From the NCBI RefSeq assembly GCF_006345805.1, contig NC_042998.1, forward strand, positions 18,972,001-19,036,000: a stretch of DNA of 64,000 nucleotides, in the 5' to 3' direction. The position numbers were made by a program, and so were the translations under genes. This document shows positions 13,105 through 25,967 of this stretch, in pieces (the first letter of the stretch is position 1; every line of letters starts with the position of its first letter). The notes below the pieces were generated by a model. The model did no database searches. It was not told the origin of the DNA and was given only the letters and a program-made list of their open reading frames with translations. Origin of the DNA: Octopus sinensis (lineage: Eukaryota).

Positions 13105-13322
13105 CTCCTCTAGCCCCTGTGCCAGTGGTACGTAAAAGGTACCCACTACACACACGGAGTGGTTGGCGTTATGAAGGGCATCCAGCTGTAGGAACACTGC
13201 CAGATCAGACTGGAGACTGGTACAGCCTCCTGGCTTCCCAAACCCCGGTCGAACCGTCCAACCCATGCTAGCATGGAAAACGGACGCTAAACGATGATGA
13301 TGATGATGATGATGATGATGAC
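13105..13322 (+). mobile_element. RTE-type LINE 3' UTR and tail
   Basis: ggtacgtaaaaggtacccactacac...catgctagcatggaaaacggacg followed by a (GAT)n tail; its start matches the repeat unit in the RTE 3' UTR at 21225-21260. Confidence 0.7.
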
Positions 13323-13420
13323 ACACATCCATATATATGTATATTCATAAATACACACGCACATATACATGTATATATATGCACATGTATATATATATAT
13401 AGGTGAGTTCATTTTCTATC

Positions 13421-13612
13421 TCAAGAGTTCCGGGATATCACACTGTAATTAAGGTGTTTGTTTAAACGATTCGAGATCTTTATTCTCCGCCGCATGAGTA
13501 TTCTTCTGTCTCGGGGAATGATGTTTTTGTGTGCATTGGCTCCTGTCTCTGGGACATATTTAATGCATATGGCTCGCATGAATTTATTGAGTTTCATATG
13601 TATGTCCTCAAG
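13421..13612 (-). mobile_element. Possible CR1/L2-type LINE ORF2 fragment (endonuclease-RT linker)
   Basis: KLNKFMRAICIKYVP...NIIPRDRRILMRRR resembles the KYVP..K..IP linker of CR1-like ORF2; no catalytic motif is present. Confidence 0.4.
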
Positions 13613-13796
13613 CAAGGACATACAATGGGATTAAGTCGACTACATCTACCCCAATGCGAAACTGGTATATAATTTATCGACCCCAAAAGGATGAAAGGCA
13701 AAGTCTACCTCGGCGGAATTTGAACTCAGAACATAACGGCAGAAGAAATACCGGTAAGCATTTCGCCCAGCGTGCTAACGTTTCTACCGGCTCACC
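13612..13796 (-). mobile_element. tRNA-derived SINE
   Basis: Same family as 2967-3163 and 39920-40157. Confidence 0.8.
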
Positions 13797-13800
13797 TATA

Positions 13801-13895
<95 letters not shown>

Positions 13896-13904
13896 CTATC
13901 TATC
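13801..13904. repeat. (TATC)n microsatellite, left flank of the Tx1 element
   Basis: About 26 TATC units. Confidence 0.95.
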
Positions 13905-15737
13905 TCAAGATGTTGGCGCTTGTCATCGAGAAACTGGTCGACAAGGCGCAAACATGCGCCGTGCCAGGCCGGACCATCCATGACAACCTCCACCTGATGC
14001 GCTACATCATAGACAGGGTAGTTAACGAACCTGGCATGGGTGGGGCGCTGATCAATTTGGATCAATCGAAAGCTTTTGATAGGGTAGACCATCGATACTT
14101 GGAGGCGGTCCTCAGAGCGGCAGGCTTCGGTCCCGTCTTCCGCGGCTGGATAGTCGCTTTGTACAGAGGCATGCGTTCGGTAATTCGCGTGAATGGACAT
14201 CTATCGAGACCATTCGACATCGCACGTTCGGTCCGTCAGGGATGCCCCCTTTCGTCGCTTCTATACGTATTGACTCTCGAGGCATTATTGCGGAAGCTGG
14301 CAACTTTGAGGGGCATCCCGCGAGAACTGGGATGCGGGACGAGCGTGTCTGCATACGCGGACGACGTCACCGTCATAGTATCTAGCCACGAGCACATCGA
14401 GCAGGTCGGCGAGACACTGAAAAACTACGAAGCGGTGACAGGAGCGAAAATCAACCGGGAAAAGTCAGTGGGCTTGCGACTAGGCACCTGGAGAAGCAAG
14501 CCCATGCCGTCCACCAGCGCCTCCATCGTGAGACGCTGGACCGACGGCCCGGTTGAGTTGCTCGGTGTCTGGTTTGGTCCGGACCTCCAAGTGGAGAAGA
14601 ACTGGAACGAGATAATGAGTAGGGTGGTCACTCGCCCGGCAATGGGCCGAGAGGAAACTGTCCCTAAAAGGTCGGGCGAAGGTGGCGAACACGTACATCG
14701 CGTCCGTCATCTGCTACCGCCTGACCGTCGTACCTTGTCCCGACCCTACCATCACCAAACTACAACGCATTCTCTTTCGCTTCTTGTGGAAAGGATGCGT
14801 CCCGATGGTCAGGCGATCCATTTGCTTTCAACACCCGTTAAAAGGAGGGCTGGGCATGCCGTAGTTGATGATGCGCAGACACGCGCTGAGACTGCGACAT
14901 CTCTGGCTCTATGTAGACGACGGTGAACAGGTGTGGTCGCCGTTTGTGAGGCACGCTTTCCCGCAGCTCGTCTCCATGACCGAACTGCAGTCGTGGATCA
15001 AAAAGAGGCCGAGGAAGGGCGATTGGCACCGCGAGTGTCGCGTTGCTCTCAAGCAACTCTGCCGTCCCGGGTCGACCTTGAGTGACTTCAACACAACCAA
15101 AGCATTCTATAGGGGATTAGTGGAGGGGAGGTACGACGACGAGCTCGGGGCGAACCTGGACGTCGACGAGGAGTACCTGACCCGCCTGTTCAGGACGACT
15201 TTCGGGCCAGGGCCCATGGACAACTTCCAGAGATCCCTGGCCTGGCAGTGCTACCGAGAAGCGCTACCCGTTCGGGATAAGCTCTACAGACACGGCTCGA
15301 GAAACACGGGGCCGACCTGCCCGAGATGCGGTCAGAGCGACGAAACCGTTCTGCACGCACTCGTTCAGTGTCCAACAATTTCCGACCTGTGGGCTTATGT
15401 CGAACAACTGCTGTCACGTGTGGGACGAGTCGGTTTATCAGCTGAGTCTATCGTCAATATTGTCACGCCTCCTTCCTTCAAACGGGAAGGAAGAGATATT
15501 TTCATCATCCTTGTGGCTATGGCGAAAGAATGTATCTGGTGGACGCGTCTGAAAGGATTGGAGACAAACACTTTTCTCTCTGGTCAATCTCTCATCAACT
15601 TCTTCAAGTACCACTTGAAAAGGAAAGTGAGAGTAGAGAGGCAAGGTTTGTCTAGCGAATGTTTTAAAAAAAGATGGGTGAATGTAGCAAGGATGGCACG
15701 TATGAATGACGAAGCCACCTTGAGCATAATCCTATGA
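13905..15737 (+). pseudogene. Tx1-like ORF2 (RT plus zinc knuckle), disrupted
   Basis: Joins ORF pieces 13772..14926, 14682..14864 and 14865..15737 through one frameshift near 14635 and one TAG at 14862-14864. Confidence 0.88.
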
Positions 15738-16186
15738 ACCCAGAAATTGAAAACAGAGGGTTACCCACTTGCAAACAAATGTGGTAACATATTGACCAAG
15801 GTTACCGTTGTCTTTTTCGTAGGCTTTTCTTCCCACGGATAAACCTTACTTGCTTTCCCCTTTACACCATATATCATAACAGTGATACACGATCCCTATT
15901 GATCGTTTTTTTTCTCCTCTTCCCCCTTTTTCCCCTTTTTTCTTCTTTTTTCATTTCTCTTTCCTTTTGTTCCTTTTCCTTTGCTTTTTTTTCTTTTTAT
16001 TCCTTTTATTTTATTCAAATTTTTTTTATTGTTCTTTTCTTCCCTTTTACGATCCCTCTTGATCGAAAACCTACGCCACCTCCTTTTTTTTTCTTTTGTT
16101 TTTTGTTCTCTTCATCCCCCAAAAGAAAAGCTCTACCTTGTAACTTGTCCCATCTGTGTGCAGCCCTGTGTGGCCAATAAAGAAAC

Positions 16187-16187
<1 letters not shown>
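13905..16187 (+). mobile_element. 5'-truncated Tx1/L1-clade non-LTR retrotransposon
   Basis: RT motifs DQSKAFDRVDH, RQGCPLS and YADD; C-terminal CPRC..HALVQC knuckle; pyrimidine-rich 3' UTR; AATAAA at 16176-16181; much higher GC than the flanks. Confidence 0.92.

Positions 16188-16277
<90 letters not shown>
16188..16277. repeat. (TATC)n microsatellite, right flank of the Tx1 element
   Basis: About 22 TATC units, in the same orientation as the left flank. Confidence 0.95.
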
Positions 16278-17290
16278 CTATCTATTTATATATCTGCCTG
16301 TCTGTCAGCCTATGTCTGTACCTGCCTATGTATTCTTCGATCGATCGATTTATCTTATCCATCTATTTCTACGTCTGTCTAAACATACTCATATACACAG
16401 ATTCACACACATGTACCTTACATCCCCGTTCTTTTGTTTGATCGCAATTAAAAATATATAAATAAATAAATAAGCTGCTAACATTTTCTAATTAGCTTTC
16501 TATATCATTGCCTTTTATATTGCTTTAAGTTCTGAACTCGACGTTTTACGAGAAATTTTATACGCATTTTTTAAAGGAACAATCAATACGAATTTATTTT
16601 TTTATTGTTAACACAGAAAAGTCTTCACATACATATTGTGCCTTAAACAAAAGCTCATATAACCTAGAGAATAACGTGCTTTTGAACCGATTTCATGAAT
16701 AGGAATTATTATTCTACACTGTCAATTTTTTAGATTGGTAGTACTGCATGTCTAAATCTAATAACTCTAGCGGCTTTAGACTTACTCCTTGCAAAAAGCC
16801 TTTTCAATCTGCGTCAAATCTAAATAGACTCGTTCACCTGTCGTGATATCAGGAATAGCTTATGAAATATATTGCATTCTAGTTACATCAAAGAACGAGT
16901 CACTTACGAAAATTTAGCTATGTAATCAATAAATGCAAAGCATTCGGATCAATGGATTACGCCCACGTTTCATGAATACTGTTGCTTTCGTTTACTAACT
17001 ACGTCAACTACTAACAGTGAATTTTCGAAATTCCGTTCCCATACTTATTTTATCTAACAGCATCTATACGTTATATAATACTGCTTCTTAATAAAATTAA
17101 AATTGTTATGATTATCTTAAAGATAATGCATTTCTCGCACAGTGATACAATACATTAACATTAAGATACAACATTTTTCAAGGATGAGAGACATATTAAA
17201 AATATACAAGCAAGATAATATGAGACAATAATATACACAGCGCAGTTTCTTCACTCACACACAGACAAACACATACACTCACGCACACAG

Positions 17291-17366
<76 letters not shown>

Positions 17367-17502
17367 TGTGTGTGTGTATGTATATGTATATATACCATGC
17401 ATAAATGCATATTCGTGAACGTGCGTGAGAATGTGTCTGTAGGTAAAATAAATTTTCTGAATTAAATAATTTGCTCTTTCCCATCTTTTAAATACACACA
17501 CA

Positions 17503-17557
<55 letters not shown>

Positions 17558-18131
17558 GTATGTATTATATATATATGTGTGTTTGCATGTGTGTGTGTAT
17601 GTGTGTTTGTGTATGAATAATCCCGATACCGGAAAATGTAATACTAAATATATCATATCGAAAAGGGGGAGAGCTTTTTGAACAGCTGAAATGTTGATTT
17701 AATAATGGGATAAAGAACCGTAGCAAAAGCATTCTAATCTTTGAGACATAGGTAGGATGATGCATAAATATAAAAATACATGCACAGAGTGTAAACTGAT
17801 AGATCACTTTCATAAATAAGCTTCTTTGTTCAAAATATTTTAGTAGTAAAACTATTCATTTTTCGCAACTGAGTATTTCACTTTCCCATTTAATTCATGA
17901 TATTGTATTAATAATACTGAAGCAGACTGATTGGGGTCATTGTTATTAATACTGCAAGCCTTTCAGATTACAGTGACATTATAACATAGTGGTTTCACAC
18001 CAGGTTCATTAATATGTTGATGTATACGTAAAAATATTTATACAATATCGCTATTGATCGCGATAGAAATACAAGTTAGCAGAGAATGCTACACTAATTT
18101 TTCTAGGAAACGTTAGACACATTACTAAGCT

Positions 18132-18446
18132 GTGGAGGCACATGGCCTAGTGGTTAGAGCAGCGGACTCGCGGTCGAGGGATCGCGGGTTCCAATCTCAG
18201 ATCGGGCGATATGTGTGTTTATGAGCGAAACACCAAAGCTCCACGCCTATCCGGCAGAAGGAAATGGTGAATTTCTGCCAACTCTTTCGCCACAACTTTC
18301 TCTCAGTTTTTCCTTCTGCATCTTGCAGCTCACCTGCGACGGACCGGCGTCACGTCCAGGTGGGGAACCTATACGCAAAAGAAACCGGGAAACCAGCCCT
18401 TATGAGCCAAGCATGGCTCGAGAAGGAACAAAAAACAAAACAAAAA
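18132..18446 (+). mobile_element. tRNA-derived SINE with 13-bp target-site duplication
   Basis: A box tggcctagtgg and B-box-like gggttccaatc; A-rich (AAAAC)n tail; acattactaagct at 18119-18131 and 18447-18459. Confidence 0.9.
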
Positions 18447-19318
18447 ACATTACTAAGCTAGAAAATAGCTACAATCATGGGCAGTAGAAATTAAAGGAAA
18501 CCAGAAACATAAACGAAATGCATCGTTAACATTTTTCTGTGTTTTCTCCTGTCAAATCGGATTATTTCATTGATATATTTATGTTTTCCATTTATATGCA
18601 TGACCATATTACAAAAATAAACTTTGTGTTTCTAGTTAAAATACTACGTACAAGACATTTTACACGGGAACCACAATACCTCATTTACATTCAGAGCCAT
18701 CACACGCGCACACACAGAGACACACGCGCACACACAGAGACACACGCGCACTTACACATCACACACAACCACGAACAAGTATGCACACCCGTATTCATTT
18801 ATGTATGTAAACAATGATAACAATATTAATACATAATCAAGCTATTTTATTTGCTGTGTCTAAGGCGAAAGGCTACACAAAGCATGGAGGAAAAGATTCC
18901 AATTGATTATTACCGAACAAAAGGTTGTACGCTTCAGGATCAATAAGTGTTTCTCTTGTTTTTTTTAAATATATTTGAAAGTCGGTAGACGGTGGTTAAA
19001 AAATCGACTAATGAAATATCTTACGAAAAGCATCTGCCAATACACAGAATCGAAAAAGACCATAAAATACAAATTTTTGTTTTTTGTTTACCACAAGACG
19101 CAACATGATATTTCCTCTGTGTTGTTCAATATTGATTACCATGTTCATCATAGTATGGGGGAAAAAAATCATTAAAATATCTTTAAATGCTCTGCAGTTT
19201 TGTTTTCGTTTATGTTTTTTTACATATGCTATCTCGTCTTAGTGCAGAACTGATAGACATACAAGTGTAGGTATGCACATACACAATCTTGACTCATATA
19301 GCTGTGTGTGCACGCGTC

Positions 19319-19386
<68 letters not shown>

Positions 19387-20304
19387 ATATATATTAATAT
19401 ACATAGGTTTATATACGTAGACATATGTATCCGTAAACATATATATACATATATAATATGTATATATGTATACATATATATATATGTATATATATATATA
19501 TTATATATATATATATGTATATATGTATATATATATATATGTATATATATGTATGTATGTATGTATATATATATATATATATTATATATATATATACACA
19601 TATACATATACACAAATGCGTGCATATATAAACTGTTGAAGAAGAAATCTCCTAAAGGAAGTGGATGTTAAAAATGAACAAACAAAATTCCAGAGATTGA
19701 TCTATTGTGCTTTCTTCCAGGCTAATTCCGAATATGATGTGTAAGCATTTTAGACTAATATAGAACTTTATTGAAAGTAGATCAAAGCAGAATGTGATAT
19801 TGTTATATTAGCCTGCTTCACTGCGTGGTTGTAATATAATATAATTCATAATAATTTGTTGTACATGCCTCAGAAAATATTTTAAGCGATTACAGATGCC
19901 GCCTAAAAAAAGGTGATTGCAAATCTTAGAAAATAGAAATTGATAATTCATATATATATGTGTGTGTGTAAAGAGAGATAGAAGAGATGGGGGAGAAAGA
20001 GAACGCAGCATTCAATAATCTAAGTGCATTTGTATATTCAACCGGACAGGATCGTCAGATTCATATTTCATTCTTTGCATTCTGTTACAGAGATATCTGA
20101 AGCCTGACACACAGTGACGTGTTTTACACGTATTTCGAGAAAGATGTAATAAACCAAGTCGTTGAGAACAGAAATGAAGAGGAAAAGACAAAGCAACATA
20201 GTAGTGAACAAGATTAAACATGAAATGATACTAGTAAATAAATAAATAGCTAAATAAAATGCAATGACACATAAATAATGCATACATACTTATATGATAT
20301 CCGT

Positions 20305-20408
20305 AAAGCCTTTGGATCAGGTTCTAACTCTGACGTCATATATTTTGACTTCAGTTAAGCTTTTGACAGAGTCGACCATAATATGCTCCGGCCAAAATTG
20401 TCAAACGT
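20305..20408 (+). mobile_element. CR1/L2/Jockey-type RT fragment
   Basis: Translates, with a frameshift, to ..SDVIYFDFS.AFDRVDHNML.., RT motif D..KAFD.VDH. Confidence 0.6.
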
Positions 20409-21215
20409 TAGAAACCCTGGAAAACTAGTACATAGGATATTTTCCTGGAGTGCAGAACATGTTGAGTTACTTGTCCTTGATCAGAGACAGAGTCAATTGA
20501 TCTATATGAACATTCAGGTTCAGGAAACTGAACTAACCTATTTAGATTCAGCTTGTCTCCAGCATCATTTCTTGGTGCCAGAAATGTTCTTTCACATAGC
20601 CACTTGTGACTTTTATAGTTCATGGCTTTGTTTGGAAACACCTTACTACATGGGAGATGGTGCAGACTATCTTCTGGATCTTGTGTCAGCAGCTTATTGG
20701 AGAGCTGTGTGGCTAACGGTTTTCCATGAATTTGAATCCTCATGCTGGTTGTCAGAGTAAGCTGCTTGATATATGTGGACTTGATGCAAGTTCTCAGCCC
20801 ATCTGTTCTTGTTCCTCTGGGAATGACAATCAGTGTTTGCCCGAGGTCACCAGCCATGAGGAGGGTGACACCGCCTATAATCTTATTGTTTCTGAAGTCT
20901 TGTAGTGTTCTACCAAGCGCTTCGAGGGCTGCCTTAAAGGACATTGTTGCATCATTCCAGACAAAACGTTTCGCATTTGTATGGAGCTTTGCTAACGATG
21001 TATTCTTGAATATGTTGCATAAAGGAGATTCATTTTAGATGAGGTTCAGAGTCAGCTTGATTGTGGAATGGGCTGTTCACTCACCTGTTAGGAATGTGGC
21101 TGCAATTCCAGAAGATGCAACTACCAGAGCAATCTTCTTCTTCTGTCTCACCGTGACAAGGAGCAGGTTGATTAATAATGTCATTCCTGTGCCTCCAGGA
21201 GCATCTAAGAAGAAC
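20408..21215 (-). mobile_element. Helitron PIF1-family helicase remnant
   Basis: Manual translation FFLDAPGGTGMTLLINLLL...VASSGIAATFL...TAHST (motifs I and Ia) continues into ORF 20408..20944 with GGVTLLMAGDLGQTL.VIPRG and LAPRND, hallmark Helitron helicase motifs; stops and deletions present. Confidence 0.9.
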
Positions 21216-21224
21216 AACCCCACC

Positions 21225-22095
21225 AGTGTAGTGGGTGTTTTTTACGTGCCACCTGCACAGGTGCCAGACAGAGCTGGCGAACGGCCACGAGCGGACGGTG
21301 CTTTTACGTGTCACCGGCACGGGGCCAGGCAATGCTGGCAACGGAAACGAACGGATGGTGCTTTTACGTGCCAACGACACGGGGCCAGACAGAGCTGGCA
21401 AACGGCCACGAACGGGTGGTGCTTTTACGTGCCACCGACACGGGGCCAGACAGAGCTGGCAAACGGCCACGAACGGACGGTGCTTTTACGTGTCACCTGC
21501 ACGGGGGCCAGCCGAGGCTGGCTACGAACACGAACGTATGGTGCTTTTACGTGCCACCGACACGGAGCCAGACAGAGCTGGCAAACGGCCACGAACGGAT
21601 GGTGCTTTTACGTGCCACCGACACGGGGCCAGACAGAGCTGGCAAACGGCCACGAACGGACGGTGCTTTTACGTGTCACCTGCACGGGGGCCAGCCGAGG
21701 CTGGCTACGAACACGAACGTATGGTGCTGTGCCACCGACACGGGGCCAGACAGAGCTGGCAAACGGCCACGAACGGACGGTGCTTTTACGTGTCACCTGC
21801 ACGGGGGCCAGCCGAGGCTGGCAACGAACACGAACGGATGGTGCTTTTACGTGCCACTGACACGGGGCCAGACAGAGCTGGCAAACGGCCACGAACGGAC
21901 GGTGCTTTTACGTGTCACCGGCACAGGGGCCAGCCGAGGCTGGCAACGGACACGACGAACGGACGGTGCTTTTATGTGCCACCGACACGGGGCCAGACGG
22001 AGCTGGCAAACGGCCACGAACGGACGGTGCTTTTACGTATCACCGACACGGGTGCCAGACGAGGCTGACAGTGGACACGAACAGATGGGTCACTT
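21225..22095. repeat. GC-rich ~60-61 bp minisatellite (~14 units) in an RTE 3' UTR
   Basis: Units begin gtgcttttacgtg; two subtypes alternate; the 267-277 aa ORFs here are stop-free repeat artefacts. Confidence 0.9.
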
Positions 22096-23520
22096 AACCC
22101 CTGCTTTCTGATATATGATTTGATTTTGATTGTTCTCACTGGTCTTGCCGGGTCTTCTGACGCACAGCATACTTCCATAGGTCTCGGTCTCTGGTCATTT
22201 CCTTGGTGAGACCTAGAGTTCGAAGGTCGTGCTTCACTACCACGACCCAGGTTTTCCTGGGTCTACCTCTTCCACGGGTCCCCTCAACTGCCAGGGTGTG
22301 GCACTTTTTCACACACCTATCTTCATCCATTCTCGCCACATGACCATACCAGCGCAATCGTCTCTCTTGCACACAACATCTGATTCCTCTTAGGTCCAAC
22401 TTTTCTCTCAAGGTACTTACACTCTGTCGACTATGAACACTGACATTACACATCCAACGGAGCATACTAGCTTCATTTCTCGCGAGCTTACGCATGTCCT
22501 CAGCAGTCACGGCCCATGTTTCACTGCCATGTAGCATGGCTGTTCGTACACATATATCATACAGTCTGCCTTTTACTCTGAGCGAGAGGCCTTTAGTCAC
22601 CAACAGAGGTAAGAGCTCCCTAAACTTTGCCCAGGCTATTCTTACTCTAGCCGTTACACTTTCAGCACACCCACCCCCACTACTGACTTGGTCACCAAGA
22701 TAACGGAAGCTATCAACTACTTCCAGTTTTTCCCCCTGGAAAGTGACGGAAGTTGTTTTCTGCAGATTTTCAGAGGTTAATGCTCCCGAGCATCTGCCAC
22801 ATACAAAAACCATCTTCCTAGTTAGCCTTCCTATGACATTGCTGCACCTCTTATGTGTTTCTTATGTGCATCTTATAGAGTTTCTACCTACACCTTTTCT
22901 ACAGATCGAGCAGGGCCATCTACCTGAAGGCGTTTGTGATTTGTCTACCTTCCTACTTATTACGACTTTGGTTTTAGCTAGGTTGACTCTAAGGCCCTTC
23001 GATTCTAAACCATGCTTCCACACCTGAAACTTCTTCTCCAGTTTGATAATGACTCAGCAATTAGAGCAAGGTCATCAGCATAGAGGAGCTCCCAGGGGCA
23101 TCCTGTCTTGAATTCCTCCGTTATTGCCTGGAGGACTATGATAAATAGGAGGGGGCTGAGGACTGAACCTTGGTGGACCCCTACCTCTACCCGGAATTCT
23201 TCACTGTACTCATTGCCGACCCTCACCTTACTAGCAGCATCCCTGTACATGACTTGCACAGCTCTCACTAACCATTCATCTATTCCTAGTTTCCTCATTG
23301 ACCACCAGATGAGGGATCGGGGGACCCTGTCGAAGGCTTTCTCCATGTCAACAAAAGCCAGGTACAGGGGCTTATCTTTGGCTAGGTATTTCTCCTGAAG
23401 CTGCCTTACCAGGAATATAGCATCAGTGGTACTTTTCCCTGGCACGAACCCAAACTGCATCTCATCTAAACTAACTCTCTCTCTAATTAGTTGGCTTATG
23501 ACCCTCTCTGTAACCTTCAT
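21225..23520 (-). mobile_element. RTE-clade LINE, 5'-truncated, 3' tail missing
   Basis: RT motifs QFGF..GKSTTDAIF, FVDMEKAFDRV, GVHQGSVLSPLLF and LYADD (ORF 23005..23520); C-terminus RLRWYGHV.RM...RGRGRPRKTW (ORF 22136..22813); frameshift near 23045 and stop near 22861. Confidence 0.93.
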
Positions 23521-23522
23521 AT

Positions 23523-23565
<43 letters not shown>

Positions 23566-23721
23566 TATATATAATATATATATATATATAATATATATAT
23601 ATTATATATTATATATATATATATATATAATATATATATATATTATATATATATATATAATATATATAATATATATATATTATATATATATATATATATA
23701 TGTATGTATATGTGTGTGTGT

Positions 23722-23998
23722 GTGGAGGCGCAATGGCCTAGTGGTTAGGGCAGCGGACTCGCGATCGCAGGATCGCGGTTTCGATTCCCAGACCGGTCGT
23801 TGTGAGTGTTTATTGAGCGAAAACACCTATAAAAGCTCCACGAGGCTCCGGCTGTACTCTTTCACCACTCTTTCTTCTGTTGGCCTGCTCGCTTAGCCAG
23901 CGTGGTGGCGTCATACGAAGGCTAAAACAATGCGAACGTATTGTGACCAGCGATGTGTAACAACATCTGATGGTCTGGTCGGTCACGTGATCACGTGA
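23722..23998 (+). mobile_element. tRNA-derived SINE ending in (TCACGTGA)2
   Basis: A box tggcctagtgg and B box ggtttcgattccc; same family as 34990-35297. Confidence 0.9.
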
Positions 23999-24040
<42 letters not shown>

Positions 24041-24979
24041 TATATAGAAACAACTAGTTTCTATATCTCCAACAGAAATAAAAACATACTAGAAGAGAAA
24101 GAAAGTTTGAGTGATACAAATAGGCGTAGAGGGCAAATGTTCACAGTAAAACAAAATATACACAGCTATTAGGGTGAAAATTATGAATGACCGATTAAAT
24201 ATTTATTAATACTCTAGATACGTTACTTCTTGCTTGAGCTTGTCAGCAGGTGGAAATTTTAAAAGACAATTATGAAAATTAATACTGCAAAATTGAATAT
24301 TTAAAGGGGTTTAAACATGGTATTGCAGTGAAGATCAAATCGCTTATTGGTAACATTGTATTTGAATAATTTCATATAATTGAATTTTAACGACTCCCCT
24401 CATTAAACGTTTAATAGAATTAATTTAGATTCCAATTTTCGTATTCCATATAATTGCATAACTAACTACTTGATTTCATTTATTATCGCCATGCCTGTGA
24501 CATACACCTTCAACCTTAAGCAGCCATAGCAAAAATTAGGATTTACGAATTCTAACATACATATTTATCATAAACGTGTATACGTGTCTATTTTACATCT
24601 ATCTATCCATCAGTGTGTATGTGTGTGTGTGTGTTTGCGCATGCGTGTGTTATCTTTTCATTTTAGTTATTTGCGTGCGGTCATGACGGGACAATACCTT
24701 GACGTTTCTTAATAAACCGCAATGGGATTTTTTAATTTTTTTCAAAATTTGGTACCTATTCTGTAAATCTTTTTGGCCGAACAGTTAAGTTATGAGGATG
24801 CTTGTCAAGAAGTGGACAAACACACTGACACACACAAACGCAATGCACACACACGCGCATACGCACACACTCACTCACACTCACATACATACATATATAC
24901 TATACAGTTTCCAATGATACGTCTTCAAAAAAGACTTGCAGTCAAAGTTCAATCAAATCAGACTGTATTCTCCAGAATA

Positions 24980-25353
24980 TCTTTATATATAAAAGTGAAG
25001 CTGTGTGTCTGTCTCTTACGATTCCCACATTTTGTGGTGCAGTTTAACCAAAACCGGGTATCTTAAAGTCGTGATTCATATCGAGCCCTTCTGGGTACTA
25101 GCGCGCGTCTACGATGAGTCTACGATTTTAAAAATAATTTACCATCATTCTTTTCCATTTTAATGCATTCTTTTCGCTATTATATAAGGGACGTAACTCT
25201 CTAAAAATGAGTCAACGATTTTAAAAAAAAATCACCATCATTTATTTTCCATTTTTAATGCAATTTTTTTGCTATTTTTTGGCTATAACTCTCTAAAAAT
25301 GCTTTATAGTTATTTCCATTACAAACCCGAGCAACGTCGGGCGATACTGCTAG
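24980..25353 (+). mobile_element. Non-autonomous Helitron, copy 1
   Basis: 5' A|TC start; subterminal hairpin CCCGA-gcaacg-TCGGG (25326-25341); CTAG|T end; paralog at 40878-41275. Confidence 0.88.
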
Positions 25354-25967
25354 TATTATATAATGAAGTTCATAAAATAGTCATTTATTCCTTTGTTATC
25401 TCTCTTTGTTCTAATATAATCTGAGATATATTTAACAAAAGTACTTCATGCGTATAGGCTGAAATTATTTAGTCGCAGAAATGCAAGGGAAAGGATCATA
25501 TAGAGTTAATGATTAAGAAGAATGAAAGAGGAATTTTTTCTGTTAATATGTAAATGATCGTATCGATTTCTGTGGACTTGTTATGAATTAGCCAATGGTA
25601 GATGATATTAGAAATATTAGTAATGAGTAGGATAAAAAATATCCCGATTGGTGTACTTCGATATTTCGTTGTGTATTTGTGCACACTGTCAATCTATGAC
25701 TGCACTTAATTCGTCGCTATTCGCATAAAACGTGTCTAATATTGTAAGGTCCAGTTAAACAGCGAGTATTTATATTGATGCGCCAATTTGACGAACGAAC
25801 ATGGAATTTAGGGGTACACCATCTTGCTGGAAATAAAATTCCTCATCTTCAAAACTCTCTTGAAGCTGAGCATAACTAATTGTCTCAATTACGTGTTAAT
25901 TGCACCCAGTGAGTGCAATAGCTGTATTTTATCGAGTAGTGTAATCTAAATGTAGCATCATTATTGC

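Noticed and set aside
18132-18215. tRNA-like heads with A and B boxes here and in other SINEs
   Set aside because: No complete cloverleaf or acceptor stem; they continue into SINE bodies with target-site duplications, so they are not tRNA genes.
21225-22095. Possible CRISPR-like array
   Set aside because: Units are contiguous tandem repeats with no unique spacers, in a eukaryotic LINE UTR.
21039-22111. Three overlapping 267-277 aa ORFs
   Set aside because: Stop-free frames of the GC-rich minisatellite; periodic peptides with no domain.
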